Origin: a virus
Lineage: Duplodnaviria; Heunggongvirae; Uroviricota; Caudoviricetes
IMG/VR virus record: IMGVR_UViG_2534681759_000012
Coordinates: 1 to 43,160 of that record
Strand: one strand, 5' to 3'
DNA: 43,160 nucleotides
Below, piece by piece: positions 10,877-24,741 of this stretch; position 1 is the stretch's first letter, and every line of letters starts with the position of its first letter. The translations under genes and the position numbers were made by a program. The notes under the pieces were generated by a model that did no database searches, was not told the origin of the DNA, and worked only from the letters and a program-made list of their open reading frames with translations.

Positions 10877-12294
10877 TACTCAATCCTTATCTGAGCGCCA
10901 GACAGAGTGACAGGTGATTTCGTGATAACGCGCAATTTGAAGCCGACATTTTTCCTGATGCGCCCTACTCGCTTCCACAAAACGCGTTTGTCGTAAACGA
11001 ACGGTTCATTCTGTTCAATCATCTGCTCACGTCCGTAATTTATGCCGTCAGTGGTTGCAGAGAGGAACAGGCGGTCGGCGTACTGAGCTACGCCAGTGGA
11101 TGATTCCACCTCCAGATCGAAGCATCTGGCGTTATCCGCTTTGAACAGTGGAGTAAACAGCAGGTGTTCCTGTTGAAGCCCATACTGGCTGCTGATATCG
11201 AACTGCAATTTGCCAGTAACCGATTCCAGCTTATCGCCGCACGTTATCTGATTGCCTTCGTAAATGAAGTCGATAGCGCGGTACACATCGTCATACAGGC
11301 CTGTTTTCAATACACACCATTGCGGACCATTGGCGCTTGAAGATGCGTCGTATACGAGTACATGGCGCGGAAGGTGGATAATCAGCAACTCATGAGCATC
11401 AAATCGCAGCGATTCCATCACGCCATCAGCCAGTTCATCAGCAGTGTAGGAGCGGAGGATTTTCTCAATGCTCGCGCTGGCGATTGGTGACGCCTGACCG
11501 GAACCGATGATGTACACAGACGGCGCACCTGTTGCCGGATTGCTGATGAACGCATAAGAATCAGCAAACGGCGTTTTGCAGTAGGTTCCGGCAATACCTT
11601 TCTGCACCATCAGCGATGGCTGTGCGACATACAAAGCGGCACCAACGGTGGTTGCACCAGTCAGGGAGAAATATTCAATTGTCGATGAACCAAAGCAGAC
11701 GATGAAGTCTCGCCATGTACCTATGCCGATGATTCCGTCAGGCTGAGACTCGGCACGATATTGTGCACTGTATCGGTCAGGGTGCGATTCATCTTCAAGG
11801 TCAGTGATAAACCATGAATCAGTTCCGTCTTTTGACCACGCATAACGCCCACGTAAGCGCGTAATGTCACGGACCGAACCTAACTCATACTGTGTGAATC
11901 CGCTGTCCGCAGGCCAGTTTGAGACTGTTTTAACCGTGCCATCATAGCGATACTCGACCAGTTGACCATTAACGCCTACAGCCTGAGATGTCCGACCATG
12001 CGCCATTGATACGCGACCACTTCCGGCGACGTCACCGACTTCGCTTTCGCCTTTGTAGAGCTTCCCACCACACACGCGATAAACAGCACTCTGCGCCATG
12101 TTGTACTCGACACCGCGAGATACACCATTCACATCAGAACGTTTGGCAATGCCCGGGAATGAGCGAAGATAACCGCTGCTGTTGAGGATTTCTTTGGGTG
12201 TAGCCAACATATTCACTGGCAGATAGTCGATATAATCGGCGTTTCGAAAGTCTTTGCCGACACCTTTCATAAGCGGAAGTTGCTGAATCGGCAT
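10876..12294 (-). CDS. Tail accessory/hub protein, gp10-like
   Basis: 472 aa, same length as P22 gp10, between the gp4-like and gp26-like genes. Confidence 0.7.
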
Positions 12295-12795
12295 TTATTC
12301 GCTCCCGTTATCGCAAGGTTCCTTCCGGTGGAAGTAATTCCAACCGTTCCACTTCGCCAACTGATTACCACTACCAACAGGCATACGGTTTGGATAACCG
12401 GACTTACATTTAGCGGCTTTTGCCCTGTCCATTGCAGACAGTTTGACGAGTCGCTCTTTCCCGTATCTGGCAGTGGTTATAAGTTTTGCAGACGCTTCCA
12501 GCGCATAATCTGGAGCAATGCGGCAGGCAAGGTTGAAAATGACGGCATTGATAGTGTTATTTGATAAACCGTGCTCATCGCCCGGATCTGGAGCGACATC
12601 TGCATCAGCAAAAATGTAGCCAACGTTGATACCAGGTGACACATCACCGCCAAGCCATTCCGCCATCATCATTTCAAGGTCGTTGACGCCATCTTCCATG
12701 GACTGCGGTTCGACATCGGTTAACGTGGCATTTGATGCCACACCGAGCTTACGTAATGCCGCAAGAACTAAATCACCCTTCGTTGTCAGGTTCAT
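12295..12795 (-). CDS. Head completion / tail adaptor protein, gp4-like
   Basis: Internal start [33 protein letters not shown] matches the P22 gp4 N-terminus ([33 protein letters not shown]); the longer six-frame ORF (to 12858) is probably upstream read-through. Confidence 0.8.
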   Translation of the reverse strand: MNLTTKGDLVLAALRKLGVASNATLTDVEPQSMEDGVNDLEMMMAEWLGGDVSPGINVGYIFADADVAPDPGDEHGLSNNTINAVIFNLACRIAPDYALEASAKLITTARYGKERLVKLSAMDRAKAAKCKSGYPNRMPVGSGNQLAKWNGWNYFHRKEPCDNGSE

Positions 12796-12997
12796 CTGCT
12801 GCCGCCTTAGGTTTTCGACCGGGCTTTTTACGCTGTTTTTCTTCTGGCTCTGCAACATCCATCAAAAGGTCATCAGGATGTGAAAACCAGCCAGCATCCA
12901 GATATTCCTGAAGCTCTTCGGCTTTCACGATTTCAAAGTCGTAGCCAACGCCTTTCCACTTCTTCATGTCGCCATGACGAAAGATCATGTGTGTCAT
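12773..12997 (-). CDS. Small hypothetical protein between coat and gp4 genes
   Basis: Six-frame ORF 12773..13045 overlaps the coat stop; a plausible internal start (MTHMIF...) gives ~74 aa with a Lys/Pro-rich acidic tail. No recognisable family. Confidence 0.3.
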   Translation of the reverse strand: MTHMIFRHGDMKKWKGVGYDFEIVKAEELQEYLDAGWFSHPDDLLMDVAEPEEKQRKKPGRKPKAAADEPDNEG

Positions 12998-13041
12998 GCT
13001 TGTCTCCAGATAAAAAAGGGAGCCGAAGCTCCCTCTGGTTA

Positions 13042-14337
13042 TCACGCAGTCTGGTTAGGCAGACCAACACCAATTGCCTCTGGTCGTACAGCACATGCTG
13101 AATACCACACAGCAATACGGCACTTACCAGACAGAGTGTTGATATCACCCTGCGTTGCGAAGATGCCGTTAACACCAATACCAGGAATGCTGAAGGAAGA
13201 AGTTTTCATGCCAGCAAACAGTTCATGAGTTACCGGGATCGGCTGAGACAGCAGACGGATTGAGTCATCAGCCCAGAACACGTTAGCGGTGGTTGTTGCC
13301 ACGTTCAGAACATTTACCGGAGTGGTATCAGCAAGAGAGGTGTTTACGTTAGCGTAAGCCTTCTCTTCTTTTGTCAGTGACGCGTCATCCAGTGCAATCG
13401 GCTTCGGCGTGATTTCGATGTGAGTACCATCGATCACACGGGTGATTGAGAAAGTAGCATCATCAGTCAGCACGTTCTTCGCCATCTGAGACAGGAATTT
13501 CACGCCAGTGAAGCTGATTTTGTCGCCGCGCTTAAACCCGGTGGTGGAGGATACGGTCACCGTTGCAACACGGTTGTCGACGTTCTCTTTGTTACCATCG
13601 GTATCAAGGGTGTATGCCTGCGGCTTAAACTTCTGCGCACCAGAAACAGTTACACCAGTCGCGGTTGACTTGGTAACTGCCGGAAGTTTCGGTGAGCGAA
13701 GAATTTCATCAAAGCCAGCAATCTGACGCTGAATAGTACCGTTGCGATACGCTTCTTCAGGAACGCGCCCGAAGATGTCACCATCTACCAGGTTGCGGCC
13801 TGCTTTGCGGTAATCGTCAGGGTTCAGGAAGTAACTGATGCCCATATCGCGGTTTAGCTCACGGGAGAACATCAGGCGCTCTGCATCAGACACAAAATCC
13901 CAGCCAGACAGGCCAGTAGATGGACCAATTGCGCGGGTATCGTGAACAACAAGCGAGCCCATTTCAGTTGCCTGTTTGGCAATCGCTGACTCAATGTTAT
14001 TCGCCAGTTTTTTGGCGGATGCCTGGATGCGGCGACGGTAAGAACGCTCATCACGCAGGTCATCTGCACGAAGCTCGAAGAAATCGTTATCCGGATCGCC
14101 CATGTTGCATTTCACGGAGAGTTCCAGAATCCCGGTTGCGTTGCCAGTTAAATCCCAGCCAGTCTGGGTTGGCGCTTCCTGCTCAACAGGCATCCACACG
14201 GTGTTGCTTGAACGCTGCATGGATTCTGCCGGAGGGGTGTATTTTGTCACTTTGGACGCCATTGGCGTCAGGTTCTGGACGGTTTCGATGATTTCATCCA
14301 GAGCATACGTGACCAGTTGACCTTCATTTAATGCCAT
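13042..14337 (-). CDS. Major coat protein (gp5-like)
   Basis: 431 aa (P22 coat is 430 aa), directly downstream of the scaffold gene; conserved P22 order. Confidence 0.85.
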   Translation of the reverse strand: MALNEGQLVTYALDEIIETVQNLTPMASKVTKYTPPAESMQRSSNTVWMPVEQEAPTQTGWDLTGNATGILELSVKCNMGDPDNDFFELRADDLRDERSYRRRIQASAKKLANNIESAIAKQATEMGSLVVHDTRAIGPSTGLSGWDFVSDAERLMFSRELNRDMGISYFLNPDDYRKAGRNLVDGDIFGRVPEEAYRNGTIQRQIAGFDEILRSPKLPAVTKSTATGVTVSGAQKFKPQAYTLDTDGNKENVDNRVATVTVSSTTGFKRGDKISFTGVKFLSQMAKNVLTDDATFSITRVIDGTHIEITPKPIALDDASLTKEEKAYANVNTSLADTTPVNVLNVATTTANVFWADDSIRLLSQPIPVTHELFAGMKTSSFSIPGIGVNGIFATQGDINTLSGKCRIAVWYSACAVRPEAIGVGLPNQTA

Positions 14338-15248
14338 TATCGAATTCCTTTATTCAGTTGCGCCTTAAGCTTGCGGTACGTCTCTACATCCCCTTTGTTT
14401 GCTGCCGCTTCCATCTGCTTTTCAATCGCAGAGATATTTGCAGCAACAGCGTGCCCCTGAATGGGTTCATCAGGTAACGGGGCTTCTGAAACAGGCTTGG
14501 CTCGAGGCTTGAGAGTTAAACGTTCTGACAGTCGAGTGAGTTCAATCAGCGCGGATTGCCCGTCCATCGCCAGCAACTGGCGTGTTTTCTCAGGATTAGC
14601 ACCAAGGTGATACATGAGAGCAGCGGATTTCTCCGGGAAGAGGCGCATGATGTCGGCACCGACTGCTGGCGGCACCAGTTGCATGAATGCATCCTCTTTC
14701 TCCTGATAGTCAGGGATATTGAGCTTTTCCGCTGCGTCGTAGTGCTTACGGGCTGCCTCGACGTATTGCGCTGATTGCTGGGTGAACTCCTGAGTTTTGC
14801 GACCCTGCTCGGCGACAGCCTGGCTTCGTGCGTCCATAGCCTTGATCTGCCATTCACTGTTTGCCTGCTGGAAGGCAGCCAGTGCGCGGCTCTGGTCATA
14901 GTCGTACTTAGCCAGTGCGTCTTCGGAAAGATAATCGTTAGGGTCTGGTTGTTTTGGTAACTCAGGGTTCACCCGCAGGTGCTCCGGCAACTCTCCCCGC
15001 TTAACCGCTTCCATCTGTTGCTCAAGCTCACGCTGGCGTTTGCGTTCGATGCGGCGACGGGCAAATTCAGCATTAGTTGCCGGGTCTTGTTTTGGTTTCT
15101 CATCGTCTTTCAGGACAATCTCGAAGCCTTCTTCCTGACCTGCGTTGTCGTTGGCATTATCGACAACTAAGCCATCAGCAGATGCCGCTGCATGATTGCC
15201 GGGCAGGGTTAATTCTTCAGAAGCCTGAATGTCGGTGGTTTGATCCAT
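14337..15248 (-). CDS. Scaffolding protein (gp8-like)
   Basis: 303 aa (P22 gp8 is 303 aa); acidic, helix-rich; between portal and coat. Confidence 0.8.
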   Translation of the reverse strand: MDQTTDIQASEELTLPGNHAAASADGLVVDNANDNAGQEEGFEIVLKDDEKPKQDPATNAEFARRRIERKRQRELEQQMEAVKRGELPEHLRVNPELPKQPDPNDYLSEDALAKYDYDQSRALAAFQQANSEWQIKAMDARSQAVAEQGRKTQEFTQQSAQYVEAARKHYDAAEKLNIPDYQEKEDAFMQLVPPAVGADIMRLFPEKSAALMYHLGANPEKTRQLLAMDGQSALIELTRLSERLTLKPRAKPVSEAPLPDEPIQGHAVAANISAIEKQMEAAANKGDVETYRKLKAQLNKGIR

Positions 15249-15261
15249 GATTAACTCTCTC

Positions 15262-17427
15262 TTATTGAGGTGTCTCGGCTACTCCGCCGGAGGGGATTTG
15301 AACTTGACGCATAAGATTCGCGAAATCCATGCGTTGTGAATGAGTCTGGTCTGCATCTTTAAGAAGCAGCTCAGCGTTAGCACGAGCATCTTTGCTGCGC
15401 TGTTGCTGGAATTGACCTACGAGCTTGAGGTACTCACGCAGTTCTGCCTGCTTGTCGAGGTCCATATTGTTGAAGATTTCTGCAATCTTCGCGGCGTTGA
15501 GTTGGTTTTGTGCTTCAACCTTGGCAGCTTCAACCTGAATCTGCGCCTGTTGGTTCTCTGCCTTGAGCAATTCAGCCTGACCTTGCAGAAGGATACCCTG
15601 CGCCTGAATTTGCTCTGCTGATGGCTGCTGCGGCTGTTGTTGTGCCTGCTGCACCATCTCCATCTCTTCAGGTGTTTCTGGTTTCTTCAGCCCCATCATC
15701 ACCAGTTGCTTGTTCGCGTACTCTCGCATCATCTCGACGCCTTTACCGTCAAGCAGCGTGAAGTATTGCAGCATCAGCATCTGGAACTCTGGAGTACCTT
15801 GCGGAACCTTGGTGAGCAACTCCTGAATCTCTGCGCGGTTCTGTTCCTTCATACTCTGGAAGGATGGTCCGACGTCTGTATAGCACTCATAGCGACCGCG
15901 AATGTCGTTGAGTGTGACCACATTGCCGGACTGGTAATCGACAACTTGCGCATAGAGTTGAACGTCTTTCTCGCTTCCATCTTCGAGTGTCAGCGTTACA
16001 TGACGAGGAACGTCATAAATATCGTTGACCATTGAGGCATAAATCTCGCCATCACGTCGCATTGCGGTAGCCAGGTTATCCTGAAACACGTATGTCTCAA
16101 GGTCTGCCCGCATGTTCAGTTGATTGACGGTATCGAAAGCGACCTGAGAGTTTGCTGCCTGCGCATCCACGCCAAGACTAGCCACCTCTTTCACTGCGTT
16201 GGTGGCAGCCTCAAGCATATAAGCGTTGGATTGCGGCACTTCAGGGTTTTCCATGTAGGAGATTGGACCAATCGGCAGGTCGTTACCGTTTTCATCGGTC
16301 CTGTTCTGCAGATAGTACGGATAGTCATCATTTCCACCGTACATGTATTCGTAGCCTTCGATTTGCTCAGGGAAGAAGGTCGGTTTCTTCTTCGGTGAAC
16401 GAGCAACAATATCGGCGTTGAATGACATGATCATGTTACGAAGGCGTTGACCGTCTTTCGTCAGCCTTACCACTCCTTCGTAGCACTCCTTGTCACCAGC
16501 GAATGACCATTCGCCGTACACAGGAACGATTGGGATATGCTCTCCGGCTATCTTTTCTCGGTCTTTTAGTATCTGCGTGCAGGTGATGATCGACTTATAC
16601 ACACGCCGACGCTTGACCTTACGCTCTGCTACCTTAATGAATCCACGATTAGCCAGGTCGTCGATAACGTCTTTAATATCCTGCTGGTAATAGCTGACCG
16701 GCTCACCTGTCAGCGGGTCGCGGTAGATGAAGACTTTCTCCTTCTTCTCTTCTACCTCGTAATACTCAGCGACGTAGACGACATCATTCGATACCCACGG
16801 AAACAGCCATGTGTCGTTCGGATTCTGGAAAGATGGCAAGGAGTCCGGATCAATACCGTAATCCTCTGCGAACTCTTTCCAGCCATTGCGCGACAAGGCG
16901 TTAATCACCGTGCAGTGCTTAGCGTCGCTCTTATCCATCTGCTTGCTGTTTGCGTCCCATATGACGTGTGAGCAGGCTTCATGGATTGGCAGGCGTCGAA
17001 TTACCTGATTGTTGCTTGTTGGGTCGTTGTCTTCGTACTGTGTGACCAGACGCCATGCACCAACGCCGGACTCTATCTGCTCACGAACGCCAACGTTAAC
17101 GGCAATTTTTGCCGTGTTATGGCGCATATCAGTACGATACATCCCCATCAACACATCGGCAGCATCAGGATTAGCGCCGTCTTTTGGTCGAAAGAGAACG
17201 TCGATAGGATTCCGGCGCATCTCTGCGACCAGTTTCCTGACCACCGGGCGGACAACATCGAATTGTCCGCGATATTGCAGGGTGGTGTAGTTTGATAGCC
17301 AGTCATCCCATTGCGACACTCGGCTAAAATACAGGTCATTTGTCGCCTCGGTTCTGGCTTCATCGCTCGCCATCCAGTCTGCGTCAAACTTACACAGAAT
17401 GGAATTGAGTCTGTTTTCGTCGGCCAT
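15262..17427 (-). CDS. Portal protein (gp1-like)
   Basis: 721 aa (P22 portal is 725 aa) with Gln-rich C-terminal barrel region; immediately downstream of the large terminase. Confidence 0.85.
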   Translation of the reverse strand: MADENRLNSILCKFDADWMASDEARTEATNDLYFSRVSQWDDWLSNYTTLQYRGQFDVVRPVVRKLVAEMRRNPIDVLFRPKDGANPDAADVLMGMYRTDMRHNTAKIAVNVGVREQIESGVGAWRLVTQYEDNDPTSNNQVIRRLPIHEACSHVIWDANSKQMDKSDAKHCTVINALSRNGWKEFAEDYGIDPDSLPSFQNPNDTWLFPWVSNDVVYVAEYYEVEEKKEKVFIYRDPLTGEPVSYYQQDIKDVIDDLANRGFIKVAERKVKRRRVYKSIITCTQILKDREKIAGEHIPIVPVYGEWSFAGDKECYEGVVRLTKDGQRLRNMIMSFNADIVARSPKKKPTFFPEQIEGYEYMYGGNDDYPYYLQNRTDENGNDLPIGPISYMENPEVPQSNAYMLEAATNAVKEVASLGVDAQAANSQVAFDTVNQLNMRADLETYVFQDNLATAMRRDGEIYASMVNDIYDVPRHVTLTLEDGSEKDVQLYAQVVDYQSGNVVTLNDIRGRYECYTDVGPSFQSMKEQNRAEIQELLTKVPQGTPEFQMLMLQYFTLLDGKGVEMMREYANKQLVMMGLKKPETPEEMEMVQQAQQQPQQPSAEQIQAQGILLQGQAELLKAENQQAQIQVEAAKVEAQNQLNAAKIAEIFNNMDLDKQAELREYLKLVGQFQQQRSKDARANAELLLKDADQTHSQRMDFANLMRQVQIPSGGVAETPQ

Positions 17428-18927
17428 TTAAGTTCTCCGTGCGATGGGCCTGATTGGGGCTGGTATCTTTTTCTCTTTTGGTTTTTTGATGTCGCGCATC
17501 ATTTTGGCGAAGCGGCGCATCATGTATGCATAGCGAACGGCTGAGAGAACGTCGTCGTTAAGCTTGACGATTTTCCCGTTTTCATCACGGTGATAGAGGC
17601 GGAACTCCTCAAAGAATGGCTCACAGGTGTTGAATACTTTGAAGCGACCATCGAGCATCATGTCGCGCAATTCAGTGATGCCAGGCTCCACAGCGTTACC
17701 GCCATCAGGCCATGTCGCATGCTCCTGCAACATCATAAAACCAGCGTCGGCATACTGCCCTTTGAGCTGCTCACCGCCGCCCTTCTCATGCTGGTTTCCG
17801 TCATGAGGCCATGCGGTTGGCACTTTATGCGCCCATGATTTAACAGCTCCCCACGCCTGAACGGCTGTCTTTTCTTTCGCCTTCCACACGCGTGAAACGT
17901 AGATTGTGTCTGCGTCCTTATCCCACCAAAGCTGAACCTGCGCCTGTGGGTGATCCCATCCGAAATCCATCCCGCCAATTACGTAGAAGTGATCAGGACA
18001 CTCGAACGGCTGACACTTAATAGTCTCTTCCGGTATCTGGAAGATTCGACCACTACCCATCGTAGGAATACCGCGAGCACGCGCCTCTCTCTCATGCTCG
18101 GGATAGGATGCGATGATTTGCTCTTTCTGCTCGTCGGTATAGTGCTCAGCGTCATAGATGGTCATGTTGACCACTTTCTGCGACTTGCTGGGATTCTTCA
18201 GGAACTTGGTAACAACGTCAGACATCCCCATCAGCGGGGTAAACGTCAGAATTGAGAATTGCCCGTATTTGTTGGTACGGGTAAGCCCTTCGCCATAAAT
18301 GCTGTATGGTGGCTCTTCGTCAAACCACACGCCGTGGATTGTGTCACCCTGCCAGCGAGCGCGGCCTTGCGAGTATGGTTTGAAGTAGCAGATTGAAATG
18401 CCATCCTCAACGCCATCGGCCGTGTGATGCTTAACCAGAAGATGATCAACAAGGTTCGGAAAGAAAGGAGACTTCTTCCAGCTAATGATGTCCTCTTTCG
18501 GTATTGAACCGTAGCCCGGCTCATCATTCTCTTCAATGCGACCGCACAGGATGCGTTGAGTCGTTTTGGTTACAGTCTCGTTTGTCTCGCCACCAATCCA
18601 AAAGACAACAGGCTCATAGAAACGCTTACCTTTCCACTCACCGCCATATTTACCATCAGCAGGATAGCCTTTTGTGCCCGGATAACGCCCGGTAAGGTGA
18701 AACGCGACTTCAGCAGCACCAGTAAATGACTTACCAAGCTGGTTACCAGCCATAAAACATCGCTCTGGATAGTCATGCCCGGCGTCGATGAACTCACGCT
18801 GTTTGCTGTATGGCGTAAATTCATATAGCAGGTGTGTGTTCCGGTAGTTCTCTTCTTCTTCGAGTAGCTCGAGCAACTCGATTTGCTCTTCGTCGCTCAG
18901 GTTATCAAGAATCGCGTCCAGTTCCAC
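17428..18927 (-). CDS. Terminase large subunit (gp2-like)
   Basis: 499 aa, identical in length to P22 gp2; ATPase/nuclease-type composition; follows the small terminase. Confidence 0.9.
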   Translation of the reverse strand: MELDAILDNLSDEEQIELLELLEEEENYRNTHLLYEFTPYSKQREFIDAGHDYPERCFMAGNQLGKSFTGAAEVAFHLTGRYPGTKGYPADGKYGGEWKGKRFYEPVVFWIGGETNETVTKTTQRILCGRIEENDEPGYGSIPKEDIISWKKSPFFPNLVDHLLVKHHTADGVEDGISICYFKPYSQGRARWQGDTIHGVWFDEEPPYSIYGEGLTRTNKYGQFSILTFTPLMGMSDVVTKFLKNPSKSQKVVNMTIYDAEHYTDEQKEQIIASYPEHEREARARGIPTMGSGRIFQIPEETIKCQPFECPDHFYVIGGMDFGWDHPQAQVQLWWDKDADTIYVSRVWKAKEKTAVQAWGAVKSWAHKVPTAWPHDGNQHEKGGGEQLKGQYADAGFMMLQEHATWPDGGNAVEPGITELRDMMLDGRFKVFNTCEPFFEEFRLYHRDENGKIVKLNDDVLSAVRYAYMMRRFAKMMRDIKKPKEKKIPAPIRPIARRT

Positions 18928-19399
18928 GGTTGAATAGCTCCTTGATACGAGAGCGTCGCTTATCGCGATCTCCCTTATCAGGTGTCACGTCTTCAACTTG
19001 CGACTGCTCTTTGAGGCCCAAATCACGGGCGATGATGTTAGCGTTGAGAAGGTCAGCGGCTGCGCCAGAGAATTTCTGGTCGTAGATGATGTCTTCCGCT
19101 CGTGATGTGACGTCAGAAAAACCTTCCATTGACCGGAAGGTTCCCCATGTTTGCCTGGTGATATCAAGGAAGGTACACAATCCTGAAATAGTCATGGCTC
19201 GCATCTTAGGGACATTAGCCTTAATTATTTCTCCCTGATATGAAAATACCTTACCCTCCCATAGCGGGTTATCATCAGCCCACTCGAAGTATTCACAACA
19301 AGCAGCCCACAGCGCCTCAGGCGATTCGAATTTAGGATTTCGCCCATGACTACTGCGGGCCTCCCAAAATCGGTTGCCCTTTGGTGCTGCCATATTCAT
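18905..19399 (-). CDS. Terminase small subunit (gp3-like)
   Basis: 164 aa; sequence ([37 protein letters not shown]...[24 protein letters not shown]) closely matches the P22 gp3 sequence I recall. Confidence 0.85.
   Translation of the reverse strand: MNMAAPKGNRFWEARSSHGRNPKFESPEALWAACCEYFEWADDNPLWEGKVFSYQGEIIKANVPKMRAMTISGLCTFLDITRQTWGTFRSMEGFSDVTSRAEDIIYDQKFSGAAADLLNANIIARDLGLKEQSQVEDVTPDKGDRDKRRSRIKELFNRGTGRDS
19105..19126 (-). other. Candidate pac site inside the small terminase gene
   Basis: Minus-strand GAAGGTTTTTCTGACGTCACAT lies at the position of the P22 pac site (GAAGACTTATCTGAGGTCGTTA) within gene 3, about 14 of 22 identical. Confidence 0.3.
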
Positions 19400-19400
19400 C

Positions 19401-19592
19401 TCACTTAGTTGTCATTTCTGGTCGTTGGCTCTTCATGCTTTCAATCAATGACTGCTTCAGCAATTCGAGTGTGCCAATCGCCTCACATACACTGATTTCA
19501 CCATAATCATGGATGACGCTTTCCAGCCGCTCGTATAGCTCTTGAGTAATTGGGAATTTCTTCTCCTTACCCAAATTGATTACGCGGCTCAC
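19401..19592 (-). CDS. Hypothetical protein (63 aa) upstream of terminase
   Basis: Compact ORF tightly packed against the small terminase start; no family recognised. Confidence 0.45.
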   Translation of the reverse strand: MSRVINLGKEKKFPITQELYERLESVIHDYGEISVCEAIGTLELLKQSLIESMKSQRPEMTTK

Positions 19593-19593
19593 A

Positions 19594-19836
19594 TCATGCT
19601 CTGGTAGTGAACAGGTCTAACGCTTCCTTCGATTTACGCACCGCTTCGATAGTGCGGGTCGTGATATCTGAATTAGCGCCACCTGACTGGAAGTGAATTT
19701 TGAATAGCTCAAGCTTCAGTTCGTCAGTGCCAATGAATTGAAATGCTTCTTCTGCGGCTGCGTTCTGGTTCATGACCAGCTTGTAAATCTCTAACTGGAA
19801 TTTCTGTTCTTCAGTCATGGGAATAATCTCTGCCAT
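19594..19836 (-). CDS. Hypothetical protein (80 aa) upstream of terminase
   Basis: Compact ORF abutting the 63-aa ORF (2-nt spacing); no family recognised. Confidence 0.45.
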   Translation of the reverse strand: MAEIIPMTEEQKFQLEIYKLVMNQNAAAEEAFQFIGTDELKLELFKIHFQSGGANSDITTRTIEAVRKSKEALDLFTTRA

Positions 19837-20139
19837 TGTTGGCTCCGTTTATCCGTTAAAAGGGATATCAGTTAAGTTATCCCGTGTAGGGTATAAGCCA
19901 TTGTCGAGACCACTCATTGAATGGCCTCTGCAATAACCGATGTCTTTCCATCAGTCCGCCACCACAAAGAATCTTTTTTGCCATAAGGCAGGAGGTTCAT
20001 CTTTCAGTGGCTGCCAGTGTTATTTCCCCACTTACTGGATTGGGTTGTATCGCTGTACTGCCGTTAATTAGTGACCAGAAATTAACTCCGGTTTCATTAT
20101 CAAGCCAACCCGTAGATAGGCTTTGTAATGCCTACATGG

Positions 20140-20382
20140 TTAAATGATTTGCCAGTCTTCAGCCATCAGGTCGCCAATGGATGGAACCCATGTAGCAAGG
20201 CGGTTCTGTGAGTTTTTCAATACAAGCGTGTCATTGAAAGTTGGCTCGCCAACATATTCGCCAAAGCCATAACCCAACGCAGACGCTAATTTTTCCCCTT
20301 TCACGAGATAAACAAACTGGTCTTTCCCATTCCATCCTGCCCGCTGCAAACTTTTGCCCTGTTTTAACGCTTCCATGGCAAG
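20140..20382 (-). pseudogene. C-terminal fragment of IS-disrupted DUF2829 (Tad2-like) gene
   Basis: Frame stays open into the IS left end; the native part encodes ...LAMEALKQGKSLQRAGWNGKDQFVYL...ATWVPSIGDLMAEDWQII, a GW...DLLAEDW pattern I associate with DUF2829. Confidence 0.6.
20378..20382. repeat. Target-site duplication (GCAAG), left copy
   Basis: 5-bp direct repeat GCAAG immediately flanks both ends of the 1954-bp element (also at 22337..22341). Confidence 0.8.
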
Positions 20383-22329
<1,947 letters not shown>

Positions 22330-22336
22330 ATTGACA

Positions 22337-22341
22337 GCAAG
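22337..22341. repeat. Target-site duplication (GCAAG), right copy
   Basis: Direct repeat of 20378..20382 immediately after the IS right end. Confidence 0.8.
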
Positions 22342-22578
22342 GCCGAAACTTAGTCCTGATACCGGACGATAAGCCTTTTCGAATACTTCTTTTGGACTCC
22401 AGCTAACGTAGCCATCAAAGCGATCGGTGTTAGGTTTTCCGCCATCCAGATATTCAACCAGATAGCCTTCGTCCTCGCCGTTTTCTCCGGCAGGAAGCTG
22501 CCAGCCACGAAAATCGTTATATGCCTGTCTCGTCATCGGAAAGGCGTTAATCAGTTTTACGCCAATATGCTGGGTCAT
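22337..22578 (-). pseudogene. N-terminal fragment of IS-disrupted DUF2829 (Tad2-like) gene
   Basis: ORF MTQHIGVKLINAFPMTRQAYNDF...PVSGLSFGLA runs into the IS right end (last four residues and the stop are IS-encoded); frame and the TSD dipeptide LA join seamlessly to the fragment at 20140..20382. Confidence 0.6.
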
Positions 22579-22799
22579 AAAATTACCTATGGAGTTGGGA
22601 ATAAAAAACCCCGCGAATGCGAGGCTAAATCCTGGTATTTGTAATGACTGGCTCTTATCTCAACGCAGCCCCTTACCGCGCGCCAGATGCTCAATATCAA
22701 GCATCAGCAATGAGATGTTTAATCTGGATTCACTCCAGAAGTGATCATCACCCTGTCTACAGAGCCAGATGTGAAGGATGATGAGTAAAATTATCGCTA

Positions 22800-23237
22800 T
22801 CATCGAAGGCATTGCGTCCTGATGTACTCCTGCAGGTAGTTAACCTGCGCGGTTATCCTGTCGATTCCACTTCGGAGACGGTAATAATTGAGTTCAGCAT
22901 CTGCTGTAAGTCTTGGGCTTTCTCCATCGCCCATGCTGCTGGCTCCGGTCGTTGACTTTGCACAGGTGGCGGCGACTTGCAGGCGCTTACGACCAGCAGA
23001 AACATCAGCACGGAGACTTTCGATAGTCGCGTTAGCATCAGCAAGCTCCTTTGTGTATCTGGCGTCGAGTTCTGCTACATCACGTTGACGCTTCTGCATG
23101 TCAGCGATGATGGATGTGGCTTTATCGCGCTGTTCTTTATAGGTAATGGCGTTATCACGGTAATGATTAACAGCCCATGACAGACAGACGATGATGCAGA
23201 TAACCAGAGCGGAGATAATCGCGGTGACTCTGCTCAT
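22800..23237 (-). CDS. Rz: Spanin, inner-membrane subunit Rz (lambda-like N-terminus, divergent C-terminus)
   Basis: 145 aa; the first ~35 aa match lambda Rz ([34 protein letters not shown]), then the sequence diverges; follows the endolysin. Confidence 0.85.
   Translation of the reverse strand: MSRVTAIISALVICIIVCLSWAVNHYRDNAITYKEQRDKATSIIADMQKRQRDVAELDARYTKELADANATIESLRADVSAGRKRLQVAATCAKSTTGASSMGDGESPRLTADAELNYYRLRSGIDRITAQVNYLQEYIRTQCLR
22853..23044 (-). CDS. Rz1: Spanin, outer-membrane lipoprotein subunit Rz1 (embedded in Rz)
   Basis: 63-aa ORF in the +1 frame inside Rz, with signal-peptide-like hydrophobic N-terminus, lipobox-like VSAC and a Pro-rich segment. Confidence 0.65.
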   Translation of the reverse strand: MLMLTRLSKVSVLMFLLVVSACKSPPPVQSQRPEPAAWAMEKAQDLQQMLNSIITVSEVESTG

Positions 23238-23710
23238 ACCTCAATCTCTCTGACCGTTCCGCCAGCCTCTTTGAATTTTGCAATCAGGCTGTCAGCCTTA
23301 TGCTCGAACTGACCATAACCAGCGCCCGGCAGTGAAGCCCAGATATTGCTGCAACGGTCAATTGCCTGACGAATATCACCACGATCAATCATCGGCAAAG
23401 CGCCACGCTCCTTAATCTGCTGCAATGCCACAGCGTCCTGGCTTTTCGGAGAGAAGTCTTTCAGGCCAAGCTGCTTACGGTAGGCATCCCACCAATGGGA
23501 AAGAAGCTGGTAACGTCCGGCTGCTGTTGATTTGAGTTTTGGGTTTAGCGTGACAAGTTTGCGAGGGTGATCGGAGTAATCAGTGAATAGCTCTCCGCCT
23601 ACAATGACGTCATAACCATGATTTCTGGTTTTCTGTCGTCCGTTATCAGTTCCCTCTGACCACGCCAGCATATCGAGGAACGCCTTACGTTGATTATTGA
23701 TTTCCACCAT
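23234..23710 (-). CDS. R: Endolysin R (lytic transglycosylase), lambda-type
   Basis: 158 aa; sequence ([70 protein letters not shown]...) matches lambda R as recalled. Confidence 0.95.
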   Translation of the reverse strand: MVEINNQRKAFLDMLAWSEGTDNGRQKTRNHGYDVIVGGELFTDYSDHPRKLVTLNPKLKSTAAGRYQLLSHWWDAYRKQLGLKDFSPKSQDAVALQQIKERGALPMIDRGDIRQAIDRCSNIWASLPGAGYGQFEHKADSLIAKFKEAGGTVREIEV

Positions 23711-24017
23711 CTTCTACTCCGGCTTTTTTAGCAGCGAAGCGTTTGATAAGCGAACCAATCGAGTCAGTACCGATGTAGCCGATGAACACGCTCGTTATAT
23801 AAGCGAGATTGCTACTTAGTCCGGCGAAGTCGAGAAGGTCACGAATGAACCAGGCGATAATGGCGCACATCGTTGCGTCGATTACTGTTTTTGTAAACGC
23901 ACCGCCATTATATCTGCCGCGAAGGTACGCCATTGCAAACGCAAGGATTGCCCCGATGCCTTGTTCCTTTGCCGCGAGAATGGCGGCTAACAGGTCATGT
24001 TTTTCTGGCATCTTCAT
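23694..24017 (-). CDS. S: Holin S (class I, dual-start), lambda-type
   Basis: 107 aa beginning [64 protein letters not shown], matching lambda S107/S105 as recalled. Confidence 0.95.
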   Translation of the reverse strand: MKMPEKHDLLAAILAAKEQGIGAILAFAMAYLRGRYNGGAFTKTVIDATMCAIIAWFIRDLLDFAGLSSNLAYITSVFIGYIGTDSIGSLIKRFAAKKAGVEDGGNQ

Positions 24018-24551
24018 GTCTTACCCCCAATAAGGGGATTTGCTCTATTTAATTAGGAATAAGGTCGATTACTGATAGAACAAATCCAGGCTACTGTGTT
24101 TAGTAATCAGATTTGTTCGTGACCGATATGCACGGGCAAAACGGCAGGAGGTTGTTAGCGCAGCCTCTTGCCACCCGCTTTCACGAAGGTCATGTGTAGA
24201 AGTCCGCAGCATAACTATCACTGATGAATTCAGGATAGCCAGTGGCTACGGCCCAGTTTGGGTTGTGGCGGTCGGTGCTGAACTCCGACTTAATGACGAT
24301 AGGCGTGTACCGACGCCTCGTTTTACTTCCTCCGCTTTCACGGCTTCACCCTAGACCAGCTTTACGAAATCCTCGTAAACCTAACCGCGGCAGATATGAC
24401 CGGCACGGTGTGCCATATCACGGACCGGCGGGTGTCTCGTTCACCTGATTAACGCATCAGCCTGCGTATTCACCACAACGATAAGAGCACTGCGCGGCAC
24501 CTTTCACCAATTCCGCGAGGTCTGCGGGTTCAATGCACTTACCTGTTGTGC

Positions 24552-24584
24552 AAACAAAAAAGCCCCGACGTTTATGCCGAGGCT
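24552..24584 (-). terminator. Rho-independent terminator (lambda tR'-like, end of a 6S-type late leader RNA)
   Basis: Minus-strand AGCCUCG-loop-CGGGGCU hairpin followed by UUUUUU; flanking sequence resembles the lambda tR' region as recalled. Confidence 0.6.
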
Positions 24585-24689
24585 CTTACCTAATCTAGCC
24601 AGTATGTCGACCCTAAATATTATCGGCAACCGGGGAAATCAGGATTTCAATTTCGCTGCTCAGTTCGCTTTTGCTCCGAGCATATACGA

Positions 24690-24718
24690 AAAATACCACT
24701 TTCATTTCTCGGAAGCAA
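24690..24718 (-). promoter_or_regulatory. Candidate late promoter pR'
   Basis: Minus-strand TTGCTT, 17-bp spacer, TATTTT just downstream of the Q stop and upstream of the tR'-like terminator; assignment by position and weak consensus only. Confidence 0.25.
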
Positions 24719-24741
24719 CGCATTTACAAAATTATTTCAGT

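Noticed and set aside
14546-15170. ORFs of 61-117 aa overlapping the scaffold gene
   Set aside because: Nested in the scaffold CDS with biased, non-protein-like composition.
19917-20147. 76-aa plus-strand ORF in the gap between the 80-aa gene and the disrupted gene
   Set aside because: Opposite to the late operon direction, no start context, low-complexity translation.
24242-24448. 68-aa ORF in the region between the tR'-like terminator and S
   Set aside because: Lies in the lambda-like untranslated late leader on the wrong strand; Arg/Pro-rich translation looks non-coding.
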